A DNA stretch of 64,000 bases from the NCBI GenBank assembly GCA_963808625.1, contig CAWEHK010000017.1, positions 46,435 to 110,434 of the forward strand. Direction: 5' to 3'. Source of the DNA: an uncultured delta proteobacterium. Lineage in GTDB: Bacteria > Desulfobacterota > Syntrophobacteria > Syntrophobacterales > Syntrophobacteraceae. Shown piece after piece: positions 35,839 through 47,563 of the stretch. The notes below the pieces were generated by a model. The model worked only from the letters and a program-made list of their open reading frames with translations, searched no databases and was not told the origin of the DNA. Numbering within the stretch: the stretch's first letter is position 1; every line of letters starts with the position of its first letter. A program made the translations under genes and the position numbers.

Positions 35839-36492
35839 TTAGGAACTCCAGGGGTGGAGCACCCCGGCACGAACCAGACCATTGAACAGGTATTGCACCG
35901 CTTCCACCGCCTGCAGCACGGCCATCACCCAGCCGACCACCTTAAACAAGGGAGAGGGCAGCCGTCTGATCGCCTTGGCGTTTAACAGAATGACCAGATT
36001 GAGGGTCATGATCACCAGCAATGTCCCCAAGACGATGCCCGTTTGACTCCAATCACCCCCGGCGATGGCCATGAAGACCACTATGGCCGCAAGGCCGGGA
36101 GCCGTGACCATGGCGGGAACGGCTACCGGGAAGCAGGCCAGCGCTAAACTGAGGGGAGCCGGTTCAGCGTCTTGAGGCTGAAGGGGCGGCGGCGCTGGGG
36201 CTGGAGGTTCCATGATCATTTGCCATGACTGGCAGAAGATGATGATGCTCCCGGACACCACCATGGCGGCCACGGAAACGCGCCATCGTTCTAAAACGAC
36301 TGAACCCAAAAGCGCAACGCCGATAACGATGGCGGTGGCGATGGCTGTGGCCCGCCAGGCCACGGTGCGGCGGAAGGCGGGGTCGGCTCCCTGGGTGGCC
36401 TGGGCAAAGGGGCCTAAAGCATTTAGCGGCCCAAGGCTAAAAAAGAAGATGATAAAGGCGTCCAGGATGGAAACCTGAGTTACGACAAACAT
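35839..36492 (-). CDS. MarC family protein (copy 2)
   Basis: FFFSLGPL, FPVAVPAMVTAPG, GWVMAVLQAV; paralog of the adjacent gene. Confidence 0.8.
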   Translation of the reverse strand: MFVVTQVSILDAFIIFFFSLGPLNALGPFAQATQGADPAFRRTVAWRATAIATAIVIGVALLGSVVLERWRVSVAAMVVSGSIIIFCQSWQMIMEPPAPAPPPLQPQDAEPAPLSLALACFPVAVPAMVTAPGLAAIVVFMAIAGGDWSQTGIVLGTLLVIMTLNLVILLNAKAIRRLPSPLFKVVGWVMAVLQAVEAVQYLFNGLVRAGVLHPWSS

Positions 36493-36596
36493 AGCAACTC
36501 CTGATGCGGTCAGCAGGTGGCCCCAACGGTTAGGGCAGGCCCGCCACCATCCCCAAGCCCATGTGCTGATGGTGGATCAACTCCGCAACCTGATTT

Positions 36597-37247
36597 TTAG
36601 GAACTCAAGGGGTGTATCACCCCGATACGAACCAGACCATTGAACAGATATTGCACCGCCAGCGCCGCCTGTAGCACGGCCATCACCCAGCCCACCACCT
36701 TGAGCAGAGGAGGCGGCACCCGCCTGAGAATCGCCTCGGCGTTCAACAGAGTGACCAGATTCAGGGCCATGATCACCAGCAATGTCCCCAAGACGATGCC
36801 GATTTGACTCCAATCACCCCCGGCGATGGCGATGAAGGCCACTATGGCCGCAATGCCGGGGGCCGTGACCAGGGCGGGAACGGCTACCGGGAAGTAGGCC
36901 AGCGCTAAGCTGAGGGGAGCCGGATCAACCCCTTGAGGCTGAATGGGCGCCGGGGCCGGCGCTTCCATGATCAATTGCAGTGACTGGCAAAAGAGGATGA
37001 TGCTCGCGGTCACCACCAAGGCGGCCGTGGAAACGCGCCATTGTTCTAAAACGACTGAGCTGAACAGCAAAACACCGATAACGATGGCCGTAGCGATGGC
37101 CGTGGCCCGCCAGGCCAGGGCCCGGAGCAGGGCCGGGTCGGCCCCCCGTGTGGCCTGAATAAAAGGGCCGATGGCTTTCAGCGGCCCGAGAGTCAAAAAG
37201 AATATGATGAAGGCATCGGGAATGGAAACCTGGGTTAGGAGAGACAT
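36597..37247 (-). CDS. MarC family protein (copy 1)
   Basis: FFLTLGPLK, FPVAVPALVTAPG, GWVMAVLQAALAVQ. Confidence 0.8.
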   Translation of the reverse strand: MSLLTQVSIPDAFIIFFLTLGPLKAIGPFIQATRGADPALLRALAWRATAIATAIVIGVLLFSSVVLEQWRVSTAALVVTASIILFCQSLQLIMEAPAPAPIQPQGVDPAPLSLALAYFPVAVPALVTAPGIAAIVAFIAIAGGDWSQIGIVLGTLLVIMALNLVTLLNAEAILRRVPPPLLKVVGWVMAVLQAALAVQYLFNGLVRIGVIHPLSS

Positions 37248-37400
37248 GCCGACTCCTGATGCGGCGCCGCAAGCAGCGCCCTGGTGGAACTGTGCCCTGG
37301 TGCTATGAGAAATGTTAATGCCCCCCATAAGTCCCTGGTATAATCAGGACTTACGGGGGGATTGTTCCCTTCTCGCCAGGAACAAGGCCTGGCAGAAAGG

Positions 37401-38894
<1,494 letters not shown>

Positions 38895-39004
38895 AACTCC
38901 TCCTTGCTGTGTGGTTAACGGTGAACTTTAATCATGAGTCCGCCAGTCCTGCTCCAGGTCTTTCCTGACGGGTTTGGCGACATCACTTCTCCTTCATCCC
39001 CAGA

Positions 39005-40351
39005 TTAAGTGCGGCTCCCCTGTGGAAGGCTCTTTTCGGGTTCGGCAGGGTTACTGTGGCAGTGGCATTTTTTAAACTTGAGCCCGCTGCCGCACGGACA
39101 GGGATCGTTGCGCCCCACCTTGCTCTGAACAGAAGCCTGTCGGGCTTCCTCTGCGGCCAGGACCTCCATCACCGGAGCGGCCGGCTGTTCCTGGCGCAGC
39201 AATTGAGCCATGATCTTCAGGGGCCGGTCGATGTGGCGAAAAAAGGCCTTATAGCCGGCGCACAAATAATTCAGTCCAGGCTCCCCCTCCGGGGTGGTGA
39301 GAAAGCGGTTCTTGGGGCATTCCCCCTTGCAGGCGAACCAGACCTGGCAATCCCGGCAGGAGCGGGGCAGGGCCTCCAGCTTGTTGCGGCCAAAGGTGCG
39401 CTGAGGCTCGGAGGCCACTAACTCCAGCAGGTGGCTTTGCTGGATATTGCCCAGAAGATATTTGGGCTCCACGAAATGGTCGCAGGCGTAGAGATCCCCG
39501 TTATGCTCCAGGGCCAGCCCATGGCCGCAGGTGGCATTGAAGACGCACATGCCGGAGGAGGGCAGCCCCAGCCAATTCCTCACCGCGGCTTCGAAGGTCT
39601 GCACAAACACCGTGCCCACGTCGTGGCGCACCCATTCATCAAAAATAGTGATCAGGAAATGGCCGAACTGCTTCGGTTTGACCGAGCGCTCCGAGACCGT
39701 CGTCCCTTCCTGGTAAATGGTGACTTTCCCTTCGCTCAGGCGCTCGATGGCGGGAATGAACTGGATCCAGGTGGTGCCGGCTTCATCCCGCAGGAACCGG
39801 TAGACCTCCAGGGGATGGTCGGCATTGATGCGATTGACGGTAGTCAGAATGTTGTACTCCACCCCATGCTTCTGCAACAACCGGAGGCCCTGCATTACCT
39901 TGTCGAAAGTCGGTCGGCCCTGCTTATCCCGCCGGTAAACATCGTGCAGGTGGCGCGGCCCGTCGATGCTGATGCCGATGAGGAAGTTATGTTCTTTGAA
40001 AAACTCGCACCACTCATCGTTTAAGAGCGTGCCGTTGGTCTGCAGGGTGTTCTCGAAGACCATGCCGGGCTTCTTGTATCGATACTGGTGGTCGATGGCC
40101 CGCCGGAAGAAGTCGATCCCCATCAAAGTGGGCTCCCCCCCCTGCCAGGAAACCGTCACTTGGGGGCTGCGATGGTACTCTATAAGCTGGCGGATGTAAG
40201 TCTCCAGCACTTCATCGCTCATGCGAAAGTGACTGCCGGGATAGAGACGCGCTTTGTTGAGAAAAAAGCAGTAGGAACAGTTAAGATTGCACATTGCCCC
40301 GGTGGGCTTGGCCAAGACGTGAATTCGAGGAGGTATGGCGGCGCTGGTCAT
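39005..40351 (-). CDS. Anaerobic sulfatase maturase (radical SAM/SPASM) with SEC-C motif
   Basis: KPTGAMCNLNCSYC, WQGGEPTL, SPASM cysteines, GRNDPCPCGSGLKFKKCH. Confidence 0.95.
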   Translation of the reverse strand: MTSAAIPPRIHVLAKPTGAMCNLNCSYCFFLNKARLYPGSHFRMSDEVLETYIRQLIEYHRSPQVTVSWQGGEPTLMGIDFFRRAIDHQYRYKKPGMVFENTLQTNGTLLNDEWCEFFKEHNFLIGISIDGPRHLHDVYRRDKQGRPTFDKVMQGLRLLQKHGVEYNILTTVNRINADHPLEVYRFLRDEAGTTWIQFIPAIERLSEGKVTIYQEGTTVSERSVKPKQFGHFLITIFDEWVRHDVGTVFVQTFEAAVRNWLGLPSSGMCVFNATCGHGLALEHNGDLYACDHFVEPKYLLGNIQQSHLLELVASEPQRTFGRNKLEALPRSCRDCQVWFACKGECPKNRFLTTPEGEPGLNYLCAGYKAFFRHIDRPLKIMAQLLRQEQPAAPVMEVLAAEEARQASVQSKVGRNDPCPCGSGLKFKKCHCHSNPAEPEKSLPQGSRT

Positions 40352-40431
40352 GACAAGCTCCTAAGGTTGGCCCCTTGCCTCTTTCCATTACATGGCGTTT
40401 CGTTTGAACTCCTGGCCCAACTAGTGAAGGG

Positions 40432-40549
40432 TTGACTTAGCACCCGTCATGGATGTTGTCAATGGGATTTAGGTGCCATGATGTTCTTTGTTCTTGACAG
40501 CATCCACGATGGATGTAACGCAAAAACCGTCAAAAGTCATTTCTTGTCA
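40432..40549. promoter_or_regulatory. Back-to-back copies of a conserved promoter-like element between divergent genes
   Basis: Minus copy TTGACAACATCCATGACGGGTGCTAAGTC (from 40462); plus copy TTGACAGCATCCACGATGGATGTAACGCAAAAACCGTCAAAAGTCATTTCTTGTCA (40494-40549). Confidence 0.6.
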
Positions 40550-40579
40550 GCCGCCGCGCCGTAGAGGAGGAAGGATCGG

Positions 40580-41044
40580 ATGTCGGTACACAAAAGCTCG
40601 TACGTGATATTTCTGACGGTCGCCTTGGTGAGCGTGCTCTACGCGGCGGTCGCCTTGGCGCAGCAACTCTTCATCTATCCGCAGCGGGGCCAGAGCCCGC
40701 AGCAGCAGCAACAGGATCGCTTCGAGTGTCACCAATGGGCCGTGCAGCAGACGGGGTTCGATCCCATGATGGGTCCAGCGCCTGCGGCGCCAACGGCGGC
40801 GCCGACGACAGGCGCCTTGCGCGGCGCCGCGAGAGGAGCGGCCATCGGCGCTGTCGGCGGGGCCATCGGCGGCAATGCGGGCCGGGGCGCGGCGATCGGC
40901 GCGGGTACCGGGGCGGTGTTCGGCACGATCCAGCGTAACGACCAGATTCGCCAGGGCCAGGTGCAGCAGGCGGGCCAGCAGATGGAGAATTTTAACCGGG
41001 CGGTTGCCGCTTGCCTGTCGGGACGCGGCTACACGGTCCAGTAG
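40580..41044 (+). CDS. Exported glycine-zipper (YMGG-like) protein
   Basis: Signal peptide, IYPQRGQSPQQQQQDRFECHQWA, GAAIGAVGGAIGG zipper, ACLSGRGYTV. Confidence 0.85.
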   Translation: MSVHKSSYVIFLTVALVSVLYAAVALAQQLFIYPQRGQSPQQQQQDRFECHQWAVQQTGFDPMMGPAPAAPTAAPTTGALRGAARGAAIGAVGGAIGGNAGRGAAIGAGTGAVFGTIQRNDQIRQGQVQQAGQQMENFNRAVAACLSGRGYTVQ

Positions 41045-41068
41045 GTCCACATTGACACGGAGCAGAGC

Positions 41069-41483
41069 ATGAAAGCTTTGACGAAACCCTTCGTTTGCGC
41101 GATTCTCATGACGGCCTTGGCCGGGACGCCCGGCCTCGCCGCGGCCGGCCTCTATGACGGCTCGCGCCCATTCCTGTGCGCCGTGACGGCGATCCTGGAA
41201 TGCGCCGCCTCCTCGGGGCAGGTGCGAACCCCACATTGCCGACGACGCCACCGCCCCCGCCATCATCAAGTTCGACGTGGCCGGCCAGACGGTCACCACC
41301 GGGGCTGCCAGGAAGAGTCCGCTCAAGAGCGTCACGCGCTTGGACGGCCAGTTGATCCTGCAGGGGGGCGAGAACGGGCGGGGCTGGAGCGCGACGATCG
41401 ATGAGGAAACCGGGCGCATGGCCATCGCCATCGTCGACAACGACTACACCTTCTCGCTCTTCGGCGCCTGCACCATCCCCTAG
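41069..41483 (+). CDS. Exported hypothetical protein (frameshift near 41220)
   Basis: Signal peptide and DGSRPFLCA, continuing as LILQGGENGRGWSATIDEETG...FGACT. Confidence 0.65.
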
Positions 41484-41617
41484 CCTTAGGACGGCCGCCG
41501 GGCCCCAATCTACTCCGGCGCCACAGCGGATAGCCGCAAAGCCGAATCCCGGTTCCATGCTCACCGCACCACTGTGATCGACAAATTCAGGTGCCGGATG
41601 GCCCCCAAAGAAACCTT

Positions 41618-42574
41618 ATGATGCGACGCCTTCAAACCATCGGGCCGTATCTGCGTTCAGTCGTTCTGCCATCGAGACCGGCGCAGTTGCTGATTCAAAC
41701 CGGGCTGAAGTGGGACCGCGATAACTGCCCCGGCATGGCCGCCGCCCTCTCGTACTACGCGCTGTTCTCCCTTTTCCCCTTGCTGCTGGTGATCCTGAGT
41801 ATTGTGGGCGCCCTGATCGGCCCGGACACGGAGGCGTTCCGATACATCCAGTCTATGATTGTGCGGGACTTGCCGCCGGACGTGCAAAGCATGGTTGTCG
41901 GCACGATCATTGCCCTGCACGAAACCAGTGTCGGCGCCGGGATCGTGGGCTTCATGCTGCTCTTTTTTGCGGCCAGCACCTTGTTTGCGATCCTCCGGCA
42001 GTCGGTCAACAAAATCTGGGAGTCCCCCAACCGTGTCTCCGATGCGGGCTCGGTCCCCAAAATGGTTTTATTCCTCATCGTCAACAAGCTGGTGGCGTAT
42101 TTGCTCGTGGTGGGGACGGCCTTGCTGCTGCTGACGTCACTGGTAGCGAACATTTTTATCAGGACCGTCCTCGATCTGCTATCCCGCTTTCAGGAAACCT
42201 TCGCCTGGATTCAAAGGGTGGACGAGCTGCAATTGACGCGAGGTTTGCAGATCGGCTCGACCATTTTTATTCTGAGCCTGACCCTGTGCGTGCTGTTCAA
42301 AGTGCTGCCCTCCGTCCGCCCGCAGTGGCGGGATGTCTGGATGGGGGCGCTGATGACGGCGGTCTTGCTGGCCGGGCTGCAGCAACTCGCCACCGGCAGC
42401 GTTGTTTCCGTTTTCAGCCGGTTCCTGTCCTACGGGGTGATCGGCAGTGTGATGATTCTGATGCTGTGGATTTTTCTGGCCTGTCAGATTTTCTTCCTGG
42501 GATGCGAGTTCTCCTATGCGTATGCCAACATTTATGGCAGCCGCCGCCTCGCCGCCAAGCAGGCCTTGTCCTGA
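41618..42574 (+). CDS. YihY/virulence factor BrkB family membrane protein
   Basis: MAAALSYYALFSLFPLL, VNKIWE, YGVIGSVMILMLWIF...LGCEF. Confidence 0.9.
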   Translation: MMRRLQTIGPYLRSVVLPSRPAQLLIQTGLKWDRDNCPGMAAALSYYALFSLFPLLLVILSIVGALIGPDTEAFRYIQSMIVRDLPPDVQSMVVGTIIALHETSVGAGIVGFMLLFFAASTLFAILRQSVNKIWESPNRVSDAGSVPKMVLFLIVNKLVAYLLVVGTALLLLTSLVANIFIRTVLDLLSRFQETFAWIQRVDELQLTRGLQIGSTIFILSLTLCVLFKVLPSVRPQWRDVWMGALMTAVLLAGLQQLATGSVVSVFSRFLSYGVIGSVMILMLWIFLACQIFFLGCEFSYAYANIYGSRRLAAKQALS

Positions 42575-42976
42575 AAGGCCTGCCGCACAAGGAGAGCCAA
42601 CCATGAATGCAACCCTCTTCGAACCGGCAATGGACGCAGACTCGGGCTGGAAGGTCCGGTTTTGATGCTCCCGGGCAACCCCTCTGAAAGACGAAAAAAG
42701 GGTGAAGAAAAACAAAGGTCCGGCGTTGCTGATCAATGTCGAGCAGTTGACAGGCATAGAATAGCAGCGGTATAAGAACGGTGCGGATACAAACTCGCTC
42801 GATGACATGGTTCGGCGTGCAATAAACGATTCCATATCACCTGTTGTCGACCCCGGGGCCTACCGCTGCAAGTTTGCTGCCATTTTTGTCAACATTGTGC
42901 TTGATCCGTCGTGAAAACGAATACCGCCCGGGCGCCAGGTTTGAAACGGCACCGATCGGGTGCAGGAGGAGATGCC

Positions 42977-44173
42977 ATGACCCGCTTCAAACGACGATTG
43001 CTGATCGGCATGGGGTTGAGCGTGGTGGTTTTGGTGGGGCTGGGGGTCTGGTTCTACAAGGTCTATTTTGCTTCGACGAGCTACGCGTTGCAGCGCGCCG
43101 AGGCCTTTTTGTTCCGGCGTATGCAGGTCGCCCAGCTGAGCCAGCAGGGGGAGTATCGGTTTTTCTTCGTCACGAACCGCCGTCCGGAAAGCAATGCCGG
43201 GCCGCTCCAGGAGCGTTTCGGGATAGAACGCCAAGAGGCCCTCAAGTTCGGCTTTTTTGATGTCAAGATTGAACCCTCGCTGGGCCTGGGCATGATCATC
43301 AACCCGACCGAGTGGTTCCAGAATGAGGAAATCAAGCTCAAAGAGGTGCAAGAGCTGGATCAGTCTGCGTTCGTCGCGCAAGTGCGAGGGCTCGTTCAAG
43401 AATCCCCGCGCCGATCGTTGCTGGTCGTCGTACACGGATTCAGGGAGGCGTTTCCCTCCGCCCTGCGCAAGACCGCTTTCCTCGGCCACGTGCTCGACAT
43501 CAACTCGCCGATGCTTCTCTTCGACTGGCCCGGCAACCAGGGCAGTTCGGTGAGCGGATACCGGCAGGCAAGCCGGGTCGCTGAAGCCTCCGGGGCTGAG
43601 CTGGCCCGCACCCTGGAGCTGGTCATTCGGGACATCCGGCCCGAAAAGCTGTGGCTGATCGCCAACAGCATGGGGGCCCAGGTCGTCGTCGATGCTGTCC
43701 GTCTGCTGTACCAGCAGCCGGACCTGGCCGACGCGGAGACCGAAATCGAAGATCTGATGCTGACCGCGCCGGACGTCGATTACCAAGAGTTTGATGACGA
43801 CCAATTCAGGCAGGCGCTCAAAGCCTTGGCCCGCAAGACCACGGTCTACGTTTCCTCCAACGACAGGGCCTTGCTGGCAAGCCGCCTCCTCAACCGGGGA
43901 CGACGGATTGGCGAAAGTACCTTGAGACCGAGCCAGATGGAAGAGGCCGTGCGCGTGGTGGACCATGATCCGGACAGCGAGGAGGTCACCGTGGTGGATG
44001 TCACACCGGTGAACCGCACGCGCAATTTCCATAATTTCAGCCTGGAAACGCCGGAGTTTTTCGACGATCTGTACCTGCGGCTTACCAACACCGAAACCCC
44101 CCGGAGCCGACTGATCTATGCGGTCCAAGCCCCCAATGGCACGGTCTACTGGATCCTGACGCGCGGCCGATAG
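42977..44173 (+). CDS. Alpha/beta hydrolase, DUF900 family
   Basis: FFVTNR, VVHGF, FDWPG, IANSMGA, LTAPDVD, VYVSSNDRAL. Confidence 0.85.
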   Translation: MTRFKRRLLIGMGLSVVVLVGLGVWFYKVYFASTSYALQRAEAFLFRRMQVAQLSQQGEYRFFFVTNRRPESNAGPLQERFGIERQEALKFGFFDVKIEPSLGLGMIINPTEWFQNEEIKLKEVQELDQSAFVAQVRGLVQESPRRSLLVVVHGFREAFPSALRKTAFLGHVLDINSPMLLFDWPGNQGSSVSGYRQASRVAEASGAELARTLELVIRDIRPEKLWLIANSMGAQVVVDAVRLLYQQPDLADAETEIEDLMLTAPDVDYQEFDDDQFRQALKALARKTTVYVSSNDRALLASRLLNRGRRIGESTLRPSQMEEAVRVVDHDPDSEEVTVVDVTPVNRTRNFHNFSLETPEFFDDLYLRLTNTETPRSRLIYAVQAPNGTVYWILTRGR

Positions 44174-44245
44174 CCGGAGGCCCCAGTTTCACAAGAGCAT
44201 CCACACGCGGGAGCCCGCAGTCGGGAAAACCCGGACCGAGACCGA

Positions 44246-45544
44246 ATGATGAAGACGGAACCCACGGCACCCGACACGGCGATCCTGCTGGAGTTCATGT
44301 TCCGGCTGGGGCAGGCCTATCTTGCCTGCGGCGAGCAGACGGCGAAGGTGGAGCAGATCCTGCGCCGCACCGCGTCGGCCTACGGGATGAGCAAGTCGCG
44401 GGTCGTGGCTTTTCCCACCGCCGTGTTCATTTCAATTCACGACGAAGCGGGCGAGCGCGTGACCCTGGCCGAATGCGAGCCGAGAACACTGCGACTGGAC
44501 CAGATGGCGGACGTTTACGCGGTGGGCGAGGCGGCACAGAACGCGGGGGTGGCGCCGGGCGACGGCCTGCAGCGGCTCTCGGCGATCCTGGCCCAGAAGG
44601 CGCGCTTCGGCACCGCCGGGGTCATCGCGGGCCACGCGATTCTCACCGCCGGCCTGGCGATCGTGCTGAGGCCAACGGTCGCCAACCTGGCGGCGGCGGC
44701 GGTGCTTGGTTTCATCGTGGGGGTGGTGATGCTGTTCAATCGCGGGCGTGCCGTGCTGTCGGTTCCGCTGCCGGTGATCGCCGCGGCACTGGTCTCGACC
44801 CTCGTTTTTCTCGCGGTCAGATATGGACTGCCGGTGGATCCCCTGCACGCGCTGGTGCCGCCGCTGGTGACCTTCCTGCCCGGCGGCATGCTCACACTCG
44901 GCATGGTGGAGCTCGCTTACGGCGACATGTTGAGTGGCGCGAGCCGCCTGATCGCCGGCTTCGTGCAACTGGTGCTGCTGGCGTTCGGTCTCGCCGCGGG
45001 CGCCATGCTCGTAGGCTATACTCCCAACGACCTGATCCTCTCCGCCGGGCAGTATGTGAACGTGATCGAAGCGCCCTGGGCAGGCGTCCTGGTGTTCGGC
45101 CTGGGAGTTTATCTTCACTTTTCGGCGCCGCGAAACTCGCTGAAGTGGATTCTTCTGGTGCTGTTGATCGCCTTTGCGGCGCAGCAGATCGCGGTGGGGT
45201 TTTTGGGCAGCGAGATCAGCGGTTTCTTCGGCACCCTGGTTGCCACGCCGCTTGGCTACTTGATTCAGCACCGCTTCCGCGGTCCGCCGGCGACCGTGAC
45301 CTTCCTGCCCACCTTCTGGCTGCTGGTGCCGGGCGCCCTGGGCCTGCTGAGCGTCACGCGCATGTTGAGCGACCGCGCTGCCGGGCTCGATGGCCTGGTC
45401 ATGGTGGTGTTTGTGATCACCTCGATCGCCCTCGGCACGCTGGTGGGCGCCACCCTTTACAAATGGCTCTCCGAGAGCTTCGGGTGGTGGCAGTTGCAGA
45501 TCGGGCGGGTTGGGTCCTATTTCCGGCGCGCGAAGAAAAGCTGA
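44246..45544 (+). CDS. Threonine/serine exporter ThrE family protein
   Basis: LGQAYLACGEQTAKVE, AFPTA, FLPGGMLT...EL, WLLVPG. Confidence 0.85.
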   Translation: MMKTEPTAPDTAILLEFMFRLGQAYLACGEQTAKVEQILRRTASAYGMSKSRVVAFPTAVFISIHDEAGERVTLAECEPRTLRLDQMADVYAVGEAAQNAGVAPGDGLQRLSAILAQKARFGTAGVIAGHAILTAGLAIVLRPTVANLAAAAVLGFIVGVVMLFNRGRAVLSVPLPVIAAALVSTLVFLAVRYGLPVDPLHALVPPLVTFLPGGMLTLGMVELAYGDMLSGASRLIAGFVQLVLLAFGLAAGAMLVGYTPNDLILSAGQYVNVIEAPWAGVLVFGLGVYLHFSAPRNSLKWILLVLLIAFAAQQIAVGFLGSEISGFFGTLVATPLGYLIQHRFRGPPATVTFLPTFWLLVPGALGLLSVTRMLSDRAAGLDGLVMVVFVITSIALGTLVGATLYKWLSESFGWWQLQIGRVGSYFRRAKKS

Positions 45545-45564
45545 AGGGTGAATGCGAACCTGGA

Positions 45565-45800
45565 GGCTGTCCGAGAATTGTCAATTACCGTGAAAATGAA
45601 GTGGTGGACTGGTCAAGTATAAGAATATCTCGTTCGCTCGTTCCCAAGCTCCGGCTTGGGAACGTAAGCACTGAAGCTCCAGCTTCCGTGCTTCTATGGG
45701 ATCAAGTGGCATCCACACGTCTGACGAAGCCGGAGCTTCCGGCAGATGGTTCCAAGCTGGAGCTTGGGAACCAGCTCTTGGGTGAATTCTCGGACAAGTC
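45565..45800. repeat. MITE-like shell enclosing a CTCGTTCCCAAGCTC-type REP element
   Basis: Outer IR TGTCCGAGAATT (45568-45579) / AATTCTCGGACA (45785-45796). Inner palindromes GTTCCCAAGCTCCGGCTTGGGAAC, GAAGCTCCAGCTTC, GAAGCCGGAGCTTC and GTTCCAAGCTGGAGCTTGGGAAC. Confidence 0.65.
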
Positions 45801-47483
45801 CTAGGCCGCCGGCGTTGCTTCTACCTCGGCGGACGCTGTCTCCTTGATGATGTCTTCGCTCGGCAACTCTCCCGGCGCGTACTTCGGCAATCTCGTCGCC
45901 GGGAAGATCGCCAGCAGTGAAATGGCGGCGATCAAAATGAACGTCGCTTTCAGCGCGCGCAGGCGTGCTTGCTCGTTGATGAGCACTGCCTCGTCCACTT
46001 GTTGCGGCGAAACCGACGTACGGGCGAGCACCGTCTTCAACTGGTCGTTGCTCACGAAGTCAATCTGGCTAAAATTGATCTCGGTCTTCAAGCTGGGCGG
46101 AAGGTCCGACCGGGCGAAGCTGCTGTGGATGGCCGCGCTCAGCAAGCCCACGGCCAAGACGCTGGCAAACGCCGCGCCCAGCGCGTTTGAGACGTTGTTC
46201 GCGACCCCGCGCAAGGCGCCCACATCTCCGGCCAGCTCCTTGGGCGATGCCGACACCAGCACATTGAAGAGCAGCGTCAGCATGGTGCCTTCACCCAACC
46301 CGAGCACCAGCAGCCCGAGGATTACGAGCGGCATGCCCCAGTCGTTGCTGATGGTGAGGGCGACGATCACCGACCCGATGGCAATCAGCAAGAAACAAAC
46401 GACACCGAGCTTTTGGGGTGTCAGCCGGCTATACAGGCGAACCGAGGCAATGGCGGCGACGGCAACTGCGAGCGCGTAAGGGACGATCGCCACACCCGTG
46501 AAGAGCGGGGTTCGATCCATCACGAATTGGATGTAGAGCGGGATGAGGAAGCTCACTGCGGTGCTGAGGGCGCCCGCGACGAGAAAGGCGATGACGGCGT
46601 TTTTCTCCTCCGGACTATCCAGCACCTCCAGCGCAAGGAGCGGTCGCTTCCGGTCAGCGACCCGCTTGTGGGACCAGACAAAAAAGCCCTGGCCCAACAC
46701 GATCCCCAGAATGATCATGATTGGCACGGGCGATACCCCAAACAGCGAGAATGGCGCCGCGGGCGTCGCCCAGAGCAGCCCCCACTGGTTGATGTTGTTG
46801 AAGCCAAAGAGCATGAGCGCAATTGCCACAGCCGAGAGCACGACGCCGACGAAGTCAATCCTGATATGGGGCTGGCGCGGGATGGGCTTCAGCCGAAAGC
46901 TGAGGATCAGGACGGCGATCGAAAGCAGGGCGATCAGCCCGAACGAGTAGCGCCAGTTCAAGGCGGTGGCGATGAACCCGGCAACGACGAAGGCCACGCC
47001 ACTTGCGATCGCCGGCACGCTGGACAATATGCCCAGCGCCTGCGACTGTTGCCGGTCGCGATAGTTGGCGGCGATCAGCACGACCAGCGTGGGCACCAGC
47101 GCGGCGGCGGCGATGCCCGCAATCACCTGAGCCAGATTCATCATGCCCGCGTCGGTGCTGATCGTCATGAGCACCATCGCAAGGCCATGCGCAGCCACGG
47201 ATACCTGGAAGACCAGACGCTCGCCAAGGAGCTTGCCGATCTTTGCCCCCAGCATGACGAATGCGGCGACGAAGAGCGAATACATGACCAGCGCCGTGCC
47301 AATGGCCGTCGGAGGCGCGTTCAGGTCTGCGGAGACCGGCCCAATCGACACGGGCAAGGCGCTGATGCTGAATCCCATCTGAAGCTGGGCCAGAACGATG
47401 ATGACTAACGGCAGCCATGAGACTGCCTTATGGGTCGCGTCTTCCGCAGTGGCGGCGGTGGTTGAAATAGAATTTGCTGTCAT
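45801..47483 (-). CDS. MFS transporter (14-TM type)
   Basis: GAKIGKLLGERLVF, LNWRYSF, DFVGVVLSA; many transmembrane segments. Confidence 0.88.
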   Translation of the reverse strand: MTANSISTTAATAEDATHKAVSWLPLVIIVLAQLQMGFSISALPVSIGPVSADLNAPPTAIGTALVMYSLFVAAFVMLGAKIGKLLGERLVFQVSVAAHGLAMVLMTISTDAGMMNLAQVIAGIAAAALVPTLVVLIAANYRDRQQSQALGILSSVPAIASGVAFVVAGFIATALNWRYSFGLIALLSIAVLILSFRLKPIPRQPHIRIDFVGVVLSAVAIALMLFGFNNINQWGLLWATPAAPFSLFGVSPVPIMIILGIVLGQGFFVWSHKRVADRKRPLLALEVLDSPEEKNAVIAFLVAGALSTAVSFLIPLYIQFVMDRTPLFTGVAIVPYALAVAVAAIASVRLYSRLTPQKLGVVCFLLIAIGSVIVALTISNDWGMPLVILGLLVLGLGEGTMLTLLFNVLVSASPKELAGDVGALRGVANNVSNALGAAFASVLAVGLLSAAIHSSFARSDLPPSLKTEINFSQIDFVSNDQLKTVLARTSVSPQQVDEAVLINEQARLRALKATFILIAAISLLAIFPATRLPKYAPGELPSEDIIKETASAEVEATPAA

Positions 47484-47563
47484 ATTGCAGGTCCTCAAAA
47501 AGTTGACGAAGCAACGACATCAACGCGGTCATGAACTCACGCTTGGTCACGAATCCATCCGCT

